From positions 16,492,001 to 16,556,000 of the forward strand of contig NC_091482.1 in NCBI RefSeq assembly GCF_036971445.1: a stretch of 64,000 nucleotides of DNA, written 5' to 3'. Positions 62,870 to 64,000 of this stretch are shown one piece after another. The notes beneath the pieces were generated by a model. The model saw nothing but the letters and a program-made list of their open reading frames with translations. It searched no databases and was not told the DNA's origin. Both the position numbers and the translations under genes were made by a program. Positions within the stretch are counted from its first letter, which is position 1; every line of letters starts with the position of its first letter. Origin of the DNA: Narcine bancroftii. Lineage: Eukaryota.

Positions 62870-64000
62870 GTTCTCTCTGGGATGTGTCTTTTCGCGGGGA
62901 AACCAAACCAAACCACAAAAGAAATCAAGTGAGAGCGGGGCGCTCGGAGGAGGCTCGCTCCGATCCCACACGAAACCGAAGCTGATCGGTCCTCGCACAT
63001 CACCCGATGTCTGACCGCCAAGGAAATCTCTCCCCACCACTCCTCTTTTCCAAGTCGCGGTGCTCGGCGACTTTATAAGGAGTTCTCCAAGGTAACTGGA
63101 GGTCAGAATCGGCGGGGCGGCGGGGAGCGGCAGCGCTGTCACCCTGGGCGGCGGTGCTGAACCGCGGCGATGCTCCCGCTTCTGCTGGCGCTGCTCTGCT
63201 CCACGGCCGGCGCTCGGGAGAGAGCGGCGGCGCCGGAGCCCGGCTATTGGACGGACGGCCGCTACTGCGCCCGGAGCTCCGCCGTCCCGAGCGCCGCCGG
63301 GCAGCTGCTCCTCACCCAGATGAGCGACGGCGCCGAGGTGCTCCGAGCCCTGTGGATGCGCGGCCAAGTGCTGGAGTGCTGGCTCAGCGGCGACCCAGCG
63401 GCGGTCCGACCTTTCGCCAGCCTCTGCCACCTGCGGGCGGCTTCCGCCGGCGGCCTGGGGCGCCGGTGGGCGGAGGGCAGAGCCGGGTGCCGCCGCTTCC
63501 TCCGCCGCCGAGGAGCGGCGACCCTGCCCCGGGGAGACGCGGCTGCCCCGCGGGTGCCTCGCAGCGCCGGCTCGGGGGGAGCGACTCTTCACAGGAGTAA
63601 AAGGGGGTTCACTTACCCCGGGACCCTGTGGTGCGGCGCGGGGAATAACGCCGACAGCTACGACCATTTGGGTAACGGCGCAGGGACAAGCCCCCCCCCT
63701 CCCATCTTTATTGCTGCGTGGTCTCAACTCCCCCCCCCCCGCCCCCTCACACACACACACCCACCCACCCCTCACTCACCTGAGAGCATCTGCGGCGTCC
63801 TGCACCTCCAGGTGAGTGAGGAGTGTGTGTGAGTGGGGGGAGGTCGAGAACCTCCGTTTCCCGCCTCCGGGGGTGACCCCGCGATCTCGTGTCTTGAGCG
63901 CCGCGAAATTCGACCCGGGCCAGAAACCGGGTTGTTTGAAGCCAACGTTGGACGTATCGGATCGGAGGGGAGGGGACGGGACGGGACCAAGTTGGACTTC
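62870..64000 (+). promoter_or_regulatory. CpG island/promoter with TATA-like box (TATAA 63074-63078) about 95 bp upstream of the ATG
   Basis: Abrupt rise in GC and CpG content relative to the rest of the window, ctttataagg motif, and GC boxes (ggggcgg) near 63114. Confidence 0.75.
63170..63671 (+). CDS. PROCA1: Exon 1 of a group III secreted phospholipase A2 gene (PLA2G3-like; probable PROCA1 ortholog)
   Basis: ATG in GC-rich context, signal peptide MLPLLLALLCSTAGA, N-terminal prodomain, RSKR furin site, then GFTYPGTLWCGAGN (group III Ca2+-binding loop). Phase-1 donor G|gtaacg at 63672 as in PLA2G3. The symbol comes from synteny with RAB34 and is an inference. Confidence 0.85.

Noticed and set aside
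62795-63775. 326-aa minus-strand ORF and 148-aa alternative plus ORF over the CpG island
   Set aside because: These are stop-poor GC-rich shadows of the real PLA2 exon, with no recognisable domain.
63672-63832. Continuation of the 220-aa ORF past the Ca2+ loop
   Set aside because: This is read-through into intron 1 after the G|gtaacg donor, and the sequence is low-complexity (poly-C, CA).

Overview
Eukaryotic, vertebrate and repeat-rich DNA. The repeat families (V/HE1-type tRNA SINEs, Penelope, Rex1/Babar, CR1, RTE, L1) suggest a cartilaginous fish, probably a ray; this is an inference. Two host genes lie on the + strand. The first is the last five coding exons and 3' UTR of RAB34 (3195-10376, ending ...KPTCCQ*). 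The second is the CpG-island promoter and first coding exon of a group III secreted phospholipase A2 gene (63170-63671), which by synteny with RAB34 is most likely PROCA1, the PLA2G3 paralog. The ~48 kb between them is a transposon graveyard: a full-length decayed L1 with a 17-bp TSD, a young RTE family (4 copies), several solo LTRs with 5-bp TSDs, hAT/Tigger/Harbinger MITEs, Penelope termini with hammerhead-like cores, and a CA-rich satellite with assembly gaps. I see no clearly new multi-gene system. The best leads are (i) a long-range inverted repeat pairing the L1 5' UTR with its inter-ORF spacer, (ii) an RTE insertion at the breakpoint of a 200-bp target inversion, (iii) an apparently ancestral, secreted, furin-processed PROCA1, and (iv) a filled/empty duplicated site flanking a RAB34 exon. 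Most ORF-track entries are spurious or TE fragments.
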